DNA from: Yuukianura sp. NJ FZ-2021
Taxonomy: Eukaryota
Assembly (NCBI GenBank): GCA_046563655.1
Contig: CM102287.1
Location: 2,294,001-2,358,000, forward strand
Length of the DNA stretch: 64,000 nt
Reading direction: 5' to 3'
Made by a program: the position numbers and the translations under genes. Under the pieces are notes generated by a model that was given only the letters and a program-made list of their open reading frames with translations, ran no database searches and was not told the DNA's origin. Below are positions 47,001-59,898 of this stretch, one piece after another (position 1 is the stretch's first letter; every line of letters starts with the position of its first letter).

Positions 47001-50000
47001 TTTGATGACAGTGGATCCATTAATTGGGTGGAGTGGAAGACAGTCATGAATTATCAGTTTGTGTAGAGTGGCCCTTGGAATGGTGGAGTGTAAGTTTTTG
47101 TCCCAAGGGAGAAAGTGAAAGTTGTTGAGGTGATGTTGTGGTTTGTATGCTGAGCAGCATCTCTCCACTTTCCTTTCCTGAGTGGAGGTATGATTGGGAA
47201 TTGGGGTTGGAATGATGGATTTGCATAATGGGCTTCACTTTCCCCGATACACATCTCCACTTCCAGTGGAGGAATGGTGGACATGGATCCTATGAAGGGA
47301 CATTAAGGATCATAAAGGGAAATTACACTCACATAATTACAGACCACCACCACACAAATCACACCAACCTACTTTCACCCACCATACCAATGAAATAAAC
47401 AGAGTGAGAGTTGTTGGACAAAGAGAGAAAAGAGTGGAATTTGTATGCAAAAGAGTGAAAGTGGAGTTGGGGATTAATCCCTGCGTCTGGGGAGAGGAAT
47501 GTTGAAAGGAGATGGGGATTTGTGTAGTCATAATTGAGACACTTGTTTTGTGTCCACACTAATTTCCTTCTCTTTTGTTTTTCAGAATGTGGTGCGTGAG
47601 TTGGAGTTGAAGAAGCCGCAGTTGGATGAGTTGATGCAGACTGCAGAGAGCCTCAAGTCAGAGTCCAACAGACACAATCTCCATGTCAAAGGTACAATTG
47701 TGTTCCTCTCTCGCACTGTCAAGTGAGAGGAAGTGTGTGGAATAGAATAGTTTGTGCATTCAGCTCCAACTGTCTCCACTTTCTCTTTCTCTGGAGGATC
47801 CCAGAATGTGTCCATTGGGACACTGGAATGGATTCCACTTTCTCCGCTGGAGCATGTGTGCCTGGAGCCAAGCGGAACCTCCCAGTCATTCCTCCCACAC
47901 CCAAACTTGTCCAGTTGAAAGTTGTAACTTGTGTTTTGTTTGTAGTTACAAAGTTGCGTGAGCACTGGGGAGAGACGAACAGTGCAGTGGTGGGAAGGAA
48001 GAAGGAGTTGGAAGAGTGCTTGGCCCACTCCAGCCAATGGGAAGGTCAACGCAAAGGGATTGAGGACTGGTTCCACAATGTAGAATCCAAATTGACACAT
48101 CTCAACATGAATCCACACGACGCAAATGAACTACAACGAGTAAAACAGTTTCATTCTAAAATATTGTGAATTCTGATGTTTTCAAGTTGTAAATACTTGA
48201 TTTATGTTAGTTGGAGATGGAGGTTGAGCAGTTGGGTCAAGAAGTGTGTGGATTCCATGAGTTGAGTGATGAGTTGATGAGGACGTACTACCAAGATGAC
48301 ACTTGTCTCCTCAAGAGAACCCAGGAACAGTTTGGGCAGAGATTCAACTTTATCACCAACAGGTCACTTTTCATCTTTCAATGTTTGTTAATGGTTGGAT
48401 GTTAATTAGTTTAAATTGTGTTTAGTTTGGGCGTGCGTGGAATGGGGAGCAGAGTGGTGGAGACAGTTCCACTCCAGTCGTGTTCTGGTGGTGAGGATCC
48501 AGAGATTGAGCTCCAGTTGAGTTGGCTGGGACGGATGGAGATGGCGGTGGGAGCTCTGGAACTGGAAGTCCAGCGACTAGGACCCACTTTCTCCAGAGAT
48601 TCTTCCATCGCCAGATCAACACAGAACAAACTCAAGGTAACTTTCACTTTTTAACACAATCTTCCACTTTTACATTCTCTCAACTCCCCTTGTAAGAATT
48701 TATGATGGATGAATTTTTAGTTCGTAAGGATGTTGTGTTTGTTGTGTGATAATTGGTTGAGTGGTGTGGTTTGTTTGTGGATTAGAGTGTTGTGGATGGA
48801 TTATGGATTGAGAAGATGGTGAGTGAATGTTGGTGTGATGTTGGCTTAAGGCTGTTCTTTCTCCAGACGCTCGGAGGATGATGGGTTGTGGGAGAAGAAA
48901 GAGAACAAAGGAGTTTCCATTACAAAATCCATCAGAGGAGGAGATCAATTGGGAATTGAATTCCAAACCAATACATATAGTCATGGATCAATTTGAAATT
49001 ATTACCATAACCCGCATCTCCCTCTGCAGAATTCCACTTTCTCTTTATTTCCTGTTTGAGTGAAAGTGTAATTGTGGGTTGAGGGGTGTAATTGGAAGTG
49101 AATTGGATTAGTTGGCGTTTAAGTCTTAATTAAATCCCTCCTTCCACTCCTCTTTTGAGAAGTGTCTGGTTAGTGTTTTGTTGATGAGTTGGAGGGAAGA
49201 GAGGCACTTAACATTCCTTACTCTTTCCACTTGGTTGAGAGTTTAGTTGGAGGGAAAGTGGAGTTTGTTGTGAATTGAGGAGGTGAAAGGAGGGAGCGCA
49301 TGGCCCTCAACCTCTTCAAGACTTGAGGCCTTCCGTCCCACCGCATCTCAGTTCCACCGCCAGCATCCGACCCTCCACTCCCTCCATTCCAGGGGTCACT
49401 TTTGTGTAGGAAACAGTTTAGTTGTTTTGTGGTTGTGAGGTGAAAGTGGAATTGAGTCAAGTTGATCTGGAACAGAAACCATTTCAACCTGTCACCAACC
49501 AGACTTCTTTTCCAGTCACAAAATAACTTTTTCCTTTCCACTTCAATGCGTTCCAGTGTGTCTGCATTTTCCTTTCCTCTGGGAGACTGGAACAATCCAC
49601 ACAGAAACACATTACAACAAAATGGAAGAGTGGTGGAGCAGAGAGGGAGACTCAGGAATCGGAATGACGTTGGGGTCAGAGGTCACGTGGAGGGTGACTT
49701 TGGGCTCTTCAGTGGCAGGAGACCCCGACCCCTCTCCCTCCCGCCGGCACTTGGTTTAAGAGAAAGTACACTCACTTATGAGTCCAGTGTGGCCCATCTC
49801 CAGAAGGTTCCAGTCAGCTATTCCACTCCGAAAGTGGAGGTGAGGGGGGCCCTTCATCCCAGTTTTAAAGTGGAGGTGAGGGGGGCCCTTCGTCCCAGCT
49901 TGACATTTCATGGTTGTCCCTTGAGAGGAGAAGAGGAAAAGTGGCGGGGGATTTCGAGCTCGCGGAGTTTTAGCCACAGTTTGCCGGTGCGAGGGCGGAA

Positions 50001-53000
50001 GAGGGAGGAAATGCGACTGTTTCTGGACATCATGGCCACTCAGGAGAGATTTGTACAGGTAGAAAGTCAATCGCCTTCGTTCTGGTCTTGACACTAAGAT
50101 TCTTATTGAGAATGGAATGAAAGTGGAATGGAGTGAAAGTGGAATGAGAATGGAATGGTGGTGTGGGGTGAAGGAGTGCCTGGGGATCAACTCAATCCCT
50201 CCACTTTCTCTCACTTTCTTCTTTTCCTTGTGGAATTGTCCCTTGAGCTCATTATCCCCCACTCCATCTTATATGTATTTTGTATTTTTAGGTAAGTGTG
50301 TCAAGGGTCAAGTGTGAGACTAAATCCCCCTCTCAGTCTATCTTACAAAAATCCACCACAAACAACCAACGTCCAGGAATATACGTCCATCGCATTTCAC
50401 AAAAAGAAGGTAAGAACCAATTTGTCTTTCTTGTTACATAAAATAGAGAGGAAATGAAGTAGGGCTTTTTACATTTTGGGTGTTTTGTTCCTATCTTTCC
50501 AAGTGAATTGGAAAGTTGATCTGTAAATCCAACCCCCAACTTTTGAACTTTCTATAATTTTCAAGTCGTTTTCTCTAACTTGGGATTTCTGCAAAAATCC
50601 TAAAATGTCAAAACTTGTTAGCTTTATCTGTTAGTTTGTTTTTGAAAATGGATTGTTACTTTAGTCGGGGTTAGAAAAGCGTCTGTATTTGGATGTTGGT
50701 TTGAAGTGTTGATGGGAGAAAGTGGGTATGTTTGGGTGTGTGATTGCGTTTGAGTGTGTTAATTGGAGTAGTGGTGATTAGTATAATTTGTTGGTTGGAG
50801 TGGGAGCCAGGCACGAACCCCCCTTGACCCTGCCACTTTGTGTCACTCAACCACCCCTCACATTGGAGATGGAACGAGAGACACGCACCCACTCAATCTC
50901 AGTCAGCCACTCACCCTCTCCACTAACGCATCTCTTCATCTTCACTAAGGACCAACTCACGAGTACAATAACCTCACATTCACATATTTCAACTGATTGT
51001 GTTAAGTTCCATCCAGACGAATCTCTGTTTCCAATGAGGTACGTATTTCTTCCATCAGCATCTTTTCACTTTGTAATTTAATTTGGGGTGGTTGACCTCT
51101 GACCTCCAGAGACAAGGCTTAAATTGTGTTAGGAGTGTGTTAGTGGATTAGCATAACTCTCTTGTGCACCCAAGTGTGGGAAGAGGTTACTTTCCTAAAA
51201 AGGAGTTGGAAGTTCCTTGCTCTTTTTCAATTTAGATGAGCAAGATTAATCGTTTCCTAGAGAATACTTGAGTCTGGAGGATGGAAAGTGTAATGCGGAA
51301 CACAAGTATTGTTGGTGACTTCCGGCATATGTTGATTGTTAGGAGTTGCCTTGGCAGAGGCCTTCACTGTGTCCAAGGTCCAATTCAATTGTAGTCAAAA
51401 GTACAAAGTGCCCACTTTTCACTCCATTCCAAATCACAACTCCTTTTGAGTGAGTTTGGATCGTGACCTAGGAGTGACACGGCGGATGAATTAGGACTAA
51501 TGCCACCCTTCAGACGGAACTCGCATTCGGAGAATGGCGTTCCGCTAACTTTCCTCCACTTTCAACTTCATTTGAGAGAGTAGTGTAAAACCAGTGAGTT
51601 TAATGAATGTTAGTTCCATTGTTCTTCAAGTTGAATTGAGAGTTGAGTAGAATTGAGGATTTGGACTTTATGACAACACTCTCATCTCAGCCTCTTAACT
51701 GTTGACTTGAGTGCAGAACCAGGTGGAGAAATCTGTTGCTTCTCTTTAGTCGCCACTGCTGGATGGTCTCTTTTACGACATTCCCACCATCATCCCTCTC
51801 AAATCTCTCTCATCAAACTGTTTTTCCCTACTTCCGATCCTGCATCTTCTCTTTTTGACTCAATGTCTGTGCAAAAGAGAGATGGAGGGAGTGTCTTCCT
51901 TTTAAAGAAAGTCAATTCCACTGGAATCCCATGGAGTGGAACTCAGATTGAGAATTGACTCCCTCCTTAAGCAGCCTCTCATCTTCATTCACCTGTCCAA
52001 CAAGGAATCTACATTTCCAAATTCAATTCCACTTGTTTCCAAATGATCAATTGGCCAGCACAGCGTCTCTCTCTCTTCAAGTGTTATGACTCTGGACTCA
52101 TGCTGTTCTTCATTCATTCAACCATCTCCAACTTCATCTTGAGACGCATCTCTCCCATTCATCACACCTCTGACCTTAAACATGAATGAGGAAACTAGGA
52201 GTTGTGCTGAGGTCACTTCTTCTTGTGTGGCATCTCCAAAACGTCTTTATTCTTTGAGTCTAACTGGGACAAGTAGTGCTTGAGTGACGAATTGTTCAGC
52301 CAATTCATGTGTCACCATCCACTTTCCCATCACTCCCCTAACACTTTTTACTTCTGCTTTTCCAGATTCTGAATGTGGTTGAGAGTGTTTGTGTTGGTTT
52401 CCTAAAGGAGTTGCATGGTTAATGAGTCCATTCCCAGGGGAAGAGTGACCTCAGTTTGTGGTGTCATGACCCCCCTGTGACATTCCCACTTTTTAGTTGT
52501 GTCTGGAATGCTAATGTTCACTTCTTTCACGCTTTCCTCCACTTCCAGCAGATCTTCCGCCGACGGAGCATAAAATTCCGAAGTTAAGGCACATCTCTCG
52601 CCTTGTCAGCTTCAGACGCCGTCAAACCATTTCTCAAAAATAAACTTCTCCTTTTCAAAAGTCTACTTTCTCCGCTCACTTAATCATCCACTCCATTTCT
52701 CTCTTCGGCATCTTTCATTTTAGTGGACTACAGGAATTGATTCACTTTATTACGCACTTTACACTATTCTTTGATGAAGTTGTAAAATAGTTGTGGGGAA
52801 GTGACAGGAATTGGGTAGAAATTTAGAGTCCACAATTGAAATTGATGGTTTCTGTACGATAAGTCACTAAACAGGAAATAACATTAAAAACACAAAATTA
52901 CAGTCTCCCTCCTCCCTAACTCCCGCATTCCCTTCTCTTTACGTTCACTTTTATTACAAAAAGTTATTTTAAGAAACAGAAGTTCCACAAATCTTTTATC

Positions 53001-56000
53001 TCTCCTTTCCATTTTGTGGAACATTGATTTTGAACTTGTGTTTTGCAGGATGGAAGATGCTGGTGAAGTAACTTGTGGAAGTGATGCAAATTCTAAAGTG
53101 GGATTCTGTGAAGAAGATTGTTTCATTTGAAATTGGATGAGATCTGTTGAGTGGGAGGGGGCTGCCCCCCATCCGTCCAGCCATAGAATCTCATCACTTC
53201 AACCCACCACCGACTCAATCAGTGCATAATGACCCACCAACTCCAGTCCCACTTCCACTTGAACTCAAGTACTGGCGGTGGGGCTTCGGAAGCACCAGAA
53301 AGTACCTCAGAGGAACTCGACTCGTCGTCAGTCATGGGCCTCCGATGCACGGGCCATACAGGGCACGCATGCGGTCGCTCCCTTCCCTTCTTCAGCCAAT
53401 TCCACCCCCAACATCACAAAGTCAACTCAGAATCTCCAAGGAAACTGCCAGAACAGAGTCATTTTCATTGTACAAAGTTGAAAGTGGGACGAATGGAGCC
53501 ACTCCCTCCCCACCCATCTTCCAAAGTGGCTCTTACTTCCAGTATCCGAGACCGGACTTAGACGTCTCCACTCCTCCAACTACGTCCAACAGTACAACTC
53601 CCACTTTCACCAACTACTCTACTCAGAAACGCAAACACAGTCCCACTTTCTACTCTACTTTCCCCCACTTTCCTCAGTCAGGAGATGGACGAGGTTCAAG
53701 GTCACTTGGAAGGAGAAGGTCGAAGGTCAAGCCACTCTTCCAGCAAGAGTGGGCTTTTGGCGATCCACGACTCCAGTCTGCGCTGCGCAGAGTGGGGATT
53801 GACGAAAAGTCAGTCCTAAGAAGAGACAGGAGGATTCGTGTAGCTTGTTGCCGCGAAGATGCGAGATTCATCTTTCTCGTCTACTCTGTCATGGCTCTCC
53901 TTGCCAACTTTGAAGAGGTTTAACCTCCACCTTCCTCCACTCTCCTTAGTCTCACACTTTGACTTTAATCGGAACTAGAAACACTATTTGTTTATTGACT
54001 CTTTTATTACCTGATTCCAGGAACTGCAGAGTGAGCTGGAGAGTCATGCCAACACGGTGGCAGCCCTGGGAAGTTCTGGTCGTTTGTCGGCCGCTGGAAT
54101 GGATCGACCAGAAGATGCTCAAGCTCTCCTGAGGAGACTGGACGAGATGAACCAGCGATGGCATGGACTTAAGCAACGATCAATGGCCATTCGGTCAGTC
54201 TCCATTTGAATCACACACTCAATTATTTACACTACACCTTCATTTCTGCACATTCTCAACACTTTCCTCAACTTCCGCTTTCACTTACTCCACTTTCATC
54301 CTTCTTCCTTGGAATTTACAAAATCAAACCACTTTTAAATGGAAATTGTGAAATGAGTATTTGTGGATTTCAGGAGTCGGCTGGAGAGTAACACTGAACA
54401 CTGGCATGCCCTTCTGCTTTCTCTCAGAGAAATCATAGAGTGGGTCATCCGGAAAGACATGGAACTCACTTCACTTGGGCCTCCAGGAGGAGATGTCATC
54501 ACTCTCCAGAAGCAAATGGTACAATCATATGCTAAAAAGTTGTTTTTTCATTGAAATGTAATTGAAAATGTTTGTTTCTGGTTTTAGGATGACCATCGTG
54601 CATTTCGTCGAGAGTTGGATGGGAAGCGACCAGTGGTGGAGACGAATTTGATCAGTGGACGACAACATGTTGCCAATGAACCACCTGTATCTGACCCAAG
54701 TGACAACGAAGGTCAGAATCCACTTGAATTCAATCTCTCTGTTCAAAATGGCCCCCACTGGACTTGACTCTCTTCCTTCTCCAGTCGTAAATATTCCTCA
54801 TTTTCCTAATGGGGCAGAAGGTGTCTCCCCAGGGGGAAGTTACTCAAGTCCCCACTTCTCTCCGAACCAACAATTATTCCACACTATTTATCACTCTCCA
54901 CTTCTTTTTACGACTACTCTTTTGTTGCTACAGCTGGAAGGGAGCTGGAAGGAGACTCAAGGGGCTACAGAAGTGCAGAGGCTGCTGCCAGGGAACTCAC
55001 CAGAAGCATACGCAGAGAAGTCACTAAATTGTCCGAGACTTGGGTCACTCTCCTCGCAAGGTCAGACAACAGACAAATGAGACTCGAAGACACCATTCAG
55101 GTAAACACTTTTAGTACTTTTCCAATTCCAATTTTAATCAAAAATGTATTTTTCCAAAATCACAAGTTGAATTTGGTTGTTTTACAGCGACTGCGTTCCT
55201 TTCAACAAATGCTGGACGATGGTTCTGCTCGACTGGCAACAGCAGAAGCCATCAAGTCTCGTTGGCCTACGATTGCAGCAGTGGGAGACAAATCCACTCT
55301 GCTGGACCAGTTGAAGGTAAAGATTAATGGACCACCATTCAAATTAAAGTGGATGTTGACTTTCGTAATTGTTCCTGTGTGTAAATCAGACATTTCGAGA
55401 GCACATCAGCTCAACGCAGAGAGCTGTGAATGAAATTAATGAGCAGGCGGGCATGTTGACGGGGACTAACATTCTCCTCTCCCACCCAAACGTCCTCCGT
55501 CTCGATGACTTGAATCACCGCCTCAGAAATCTCCAACTGAACGTCGAGGAGAGGGAAAACGAACTGTCATCCATTGGAGGAGCTCCACCAGTCGCCTCTG
55601 TCATTGCAGTCATTCCGCCTTCCAGCAACGCTTCCGTTTCTCCACCCTGGGAGAGAGCTCTCACTTCGGCCAAAGTGCCTTACTACATTAAGTCAGTCCA
55701 ATTCAATCAACTTTCACTTTTTAAACATTCTTTTTAACATTCAGTTCATTGTTTCAGTCACCAAACGGAGACGACGCAGTGGGATCATCCACTCATGACA
55801 CCAATTCTAGACTCACTCGCCACCTACAACGATGTGAGGTTCTCTGCCTACAGAACTGCTCTCAAACTCAGAGCTCTCCAGAGAAAGATCCAATGTAATT
55901 CAAACTTCACTTTTAGTTGGTTTTAAACAAAGTTAAGTTAAAAGTTGTTTATTTGATAGTGGATTCGCTGCCGCTGAAGACTGTAATTGGGACATTCGAT

Positions 56001-58305
56001 TCTTTGGGACTTCGAGGTCACAATGACAGAGTTCTGGATGTTCCTGACATGGTGTCCACTCTGAACTCTCTCTACAACACTTGTGGCCCTTCCACTGGTA
56101 CCCTTGGATCGTCCAAAGGGCCCACCCCTCCTCAGCAACTCAATATTCCACTCCTCACAGATTTGACAATCAACTGGCTTCTCAATGTGTTCGACAGTCA
56201 GAGAACTGGACAGATACGCAATCTGTCTTTCAAGATTGGAGTGGTTCTGCTCTGCAAAGGGCCCATGGAAGACAAGTTCAGATGTAAGCAACTCTTTTTA
56301 CTTTTAGTTTTTGAATGAACTAATATTGAACATTGTTTAGATTTGTTTCGTCTTGTGGCTGACACGAACAAGGAAGTTGATCAGAGGAAGTTGGCTCTCC
56401 TTCTGCATGACTGCATGCAGATTCCGAGGCAACTGGGGGAAGTGGCAGCATTTGGTGGATCCAACATTGAGCCATCAGTCAGAAGCTGTTTTGAAAAGGC
56501 ACCCAAAGACAGGCCAGCCATCGAAGTGACTCATTTCCTGGAATGGGTGCGACAAGAACCACAAAGTATTGTATGGCTTCCAGGTAAATTGTACACATTT
56601 CATTTTTTTCAAAAGTTGTTGTGAATTTATATAAATTGGAATTAAGTTTAATAAAAATTGTGCTTTGTGTTCCAGTACTTCATCGAATCGCTGCGGCTGA
56701 AGGGGCTAAACATCAGGCGAAGTGCAACGTTTGTAAACAAGTTCCTATTCTTGGACTAAGGTAACATTCAATTACTAATTACTTTCTGAATTAAAAAGTG
56801 TAATTACTAAGAGTGTACTCATGTTTTTTTGGATTCAATTTCAGATACCGGTGCTTAAAAGTAAATCAAAACAAAAAATGTGAATGCACTGTTCATTATT
56901 TTTCACAAACTAATTGTTGAATTCTTTTGTTTTAGTGTTTTAACTTTGACATGTGTCAAAAATGCTTCTTCAGTGGGAAAAAGGCCAAGAATCATAAGCT
57001 CACTCATCCAATGCAAGAGTATTGCACAGAAGTAAGTGAAGGAAAAGCAAGAAATTAAAGGAATCAATTGTTATTAAAATAATCTCTTTGAATTTTAGTC
57101 AACGTCGGGTGAAGATGTGAGAGACTTTACGCGAGCCCTCAAGAACAGATTCAAGTCAAAAAGATCTCTTCAGAAGCATCGGAAGTTGGGATACCTTCCA
57201 GTCCAAACTGTGCTTGAGGGCGACACGCTCGAATCACCGTCACCAGCTCCATCTCCGCAACATTCCTTGTCTCCAGACATCCACTCCAGAGTGGACACTT
57301 ATGCCACACGACTCGCAGACGTAGAAATACGAAATAGATACAACTCCACGCCAGATTCGTAAGTTTTTTACTACTTTACAAGTATTCTGACAGTCCAATT
57401 TATTCATTTCTTTGAATTTTAGTGAGGATGAGCACAGCCTAATTGCACAGGTGAGGAGGAAAATTGGATAAAAATGCTTTTAGAGAGATGGCTGATTGTG
57501 ATTTTGTTGATGTTTTTGTAGTACTGCCAGTCTCTGACGCGTGGTGACAGTGTCATCCCTCGAAGTCCAATTCAGATCGTGGCTTCCATTGATGCAGAAC
57601 AGTCAGAACAACTGGAGGCTGTCATTCGAGCTCTGGAGGAAGAAAATGCGTCTCTTCAGAGAGAATATGATCGACTAAGGCACAAATCCCAAGGCAATGG
57701 ACAAAGTTTCCAGTCAACTCCTTCAGATGAACAGAACGCTCCGCCTGACCTCCAGAACGGAAGAAACTTCTATGGACAAATGGATTCCAACGATAACAAC
57801 ATTCTGGCAGAAGCTAGACTCCTCCGGCAGCACAAAGGAAGACTCGAAGCCAGAATGCAAATTCTGGAAGGTAACTTTTTAAACTTAATATTTTTAGCCT
57901 GACTGGATAGATTGACTTTGATTTGTTTTGTTTTTAGAGCACAACAGGCAGCTAGAAATGCAGCTCCAGCGACTGAGGCAGCTACTGGATGAACCCAAAC
58001 CAAACTCTCCTTCCAAGACGGGGACGCTGCAAAGCAAATCTGTCGTGGCAGCTGAACTGGCCATGGATTCTCCACTTCCGCAAAGAGCCGCCAATGGCCA
58101 CTTCAATACTTCAGCAGCAGGTAAATTTGCAGTAATAACTTTGTGTTTTAAACTGGAAAACGTTTTTCAAACTTGGTTTTTTATTTTAGATGGATGGAAT
58201 GTGCAAGATGGCCACTTTTCCGAAGAATCCCGTCCACCACCTCCCACTCCTGGCTATGCCTCCAATGACGCACTGCAACACGGACAAAGACCCGGTGACC
58301 ACTGA
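32075..58305 (+). CDS. Dys: Dystrophin (full-length, many exons, alternative first exons)
   Basis: CH1/CH2 ([68 protein letters not shown]), spectrin repeats, WW ([15 protein letters not shown]), EF-hand region ([42 protein letters not shown]), ZZ finger ([10 protein letters not shown]), coiled coil ([24 protein letters not shown]). The exact start exon and some rod exons are uncertain. Confidence 0.96.
35141..35625. mobile_element. Degenerate foldback/MITE-like insertion in a dystrophin intron with CCTAA/TTAGG-based internal repeats
   Basis: About 60-bp imperfect terminal inverted repeats built from 13-14 bp subrepeats (AATTnCCCCGAA); internal ~25-bp units containing CCTAACCTAA in both orientations. 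Confidence 0.7.
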
Positions 58306-59898
58306 CCTCTGACCCCAAGGGACTCTACACTCGATGAACTACTCTTTAGACTACTTTTTATCTGGACTCCAGTTGACCTGCATTGTGTTCAGTGGACTAA
58401 CTCCCCTGGAATATCAAGTGACTCTTCCTATATCAAGTCATAATCAGTAACTGTTTCTCTTGTACAAATGAGGGAGGAGGGACTCTTTCTAATTCTCTAC
58501 TTAATCCCATCCCGCAGTCACTAGCAACTTAGACATCCAATCCAACTAATCTCTAAGTTTAATTAACTATACATTTTACAGTAGTCTTAGCTTTGGGGAA
58601 ATCATTGTTAGTTTAGCACCCAATTCAGGGACACTTTGTTATGCATTTGACTCTTTCCTCCTTCCTTCAAACGAAAATAAACGAACATGGTTAGTGAATC
58701 GCTTGTATAAAAGAAGAGCTCAATTTGTTTTATAATTTCTCAAAAATTTTCCTCATAAATTCCTAGGCTCTTAAAATTGGGAATTGTGTTAATTAAATAC
58801 TTAAAACTTAAGTGCAAATTCATACACTTTTGGAATTTGGAATTATTTTGTTGTAGTGCTTAATTCACGATGCTGAACATCTTAAACGCAAATTGGTTCT
58901 AATCCGTTTTCTAAGAACATTTCGCAACCAAAATTTCAAAGATTTTTAAAAATTAAAAAAAAAAAAAATTTGAAGAATTTAACATTTTAAAAATTTATGA
59001 GGTCATTGTGAGTTGAGGCGCAAAGAGATCTCCTGTCTAACGCATTTTGTTCCGGAGTTAGGCATTGCATTGCATTTTCAAACTAAAATCTAGGAACTAT
59101 GAAACTATGATGCATAAGCTTTATTTTTCAAAATTTCACAAAATTTTGAACATTATATGTGCAATTTTTTGTACAAATTAAGTGTAGGGATATTTGGAAA
59201 AGAGATGGTGGCGGAGTACTATCGATGGAGTTGATTCGTGATTTGTACTAGCTGTGGAATTGATCGTGACCTCCAAGTTCAAGTTTTGAAAGAGTCTTTT
59301 ACATGGGGAGATAGGCGAGAGAGCAGAAAAGTTGACAGGGGATCGTACGAAGCAGAGAGGCGACATAGGGCTTTTGGTCTCCTTTGCTTTTTGTATGGGA
59401 TATGGGAAGGCAAGTGCCGGGAAAAGGGTTGGGGTAGGAGAGTGAGTGTAGCCTTCTTGCGTCGCATAATCTCCTGTCAACTTTTCCTCTCTTCTGCCTA
59501 TCTCCCAATGTTAAAGTTCAGTTCAAAATCAGAGAGGGTGACAGGGATTGCTGTGCAGCAACTCTTACACTAACCAAATAAATTGGTCGGGTGACATCGG
59601 ATTGTGCGAGTAGCTCCTACACAAACCAAATAAACTATTTCAAAAAATAATGTCAACTGTTTTCCCGCCACTGGCTCACGTGACTCATATTTTAAAATTA
59701 ATCAATTGCTTTTTTAGTAATCAATTACTCTGATCGTTTAATTCCTATGATTCTTCATCAATTAATTAATCCTCATCAGTTAAACGATTTACGCAGAGAT
59801 TAGGATGTCAGTTCGCTTATGTTGAAACGTTTTTATTCAGTTTTATGGTCGTTTATTTAGCAGAAGCAGTAAGTGCAACAACAAGTGAGACAAATAAG

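Noticed and set aside
46539..47168. 209-aa antisense ORF and similar shadow ORFs (1620-2195, 47582-48118, 49756-50262)
   Set aside because: Antisense to real exons and introns, with no recognisable domains.
47828..47945. In-frame ATG reading directly into a dystrophin exon (MDSTFSAG...)
   Set aside because: A canonical acceptor at about 47945 explains the exon, and nothing independent supports an extra start.
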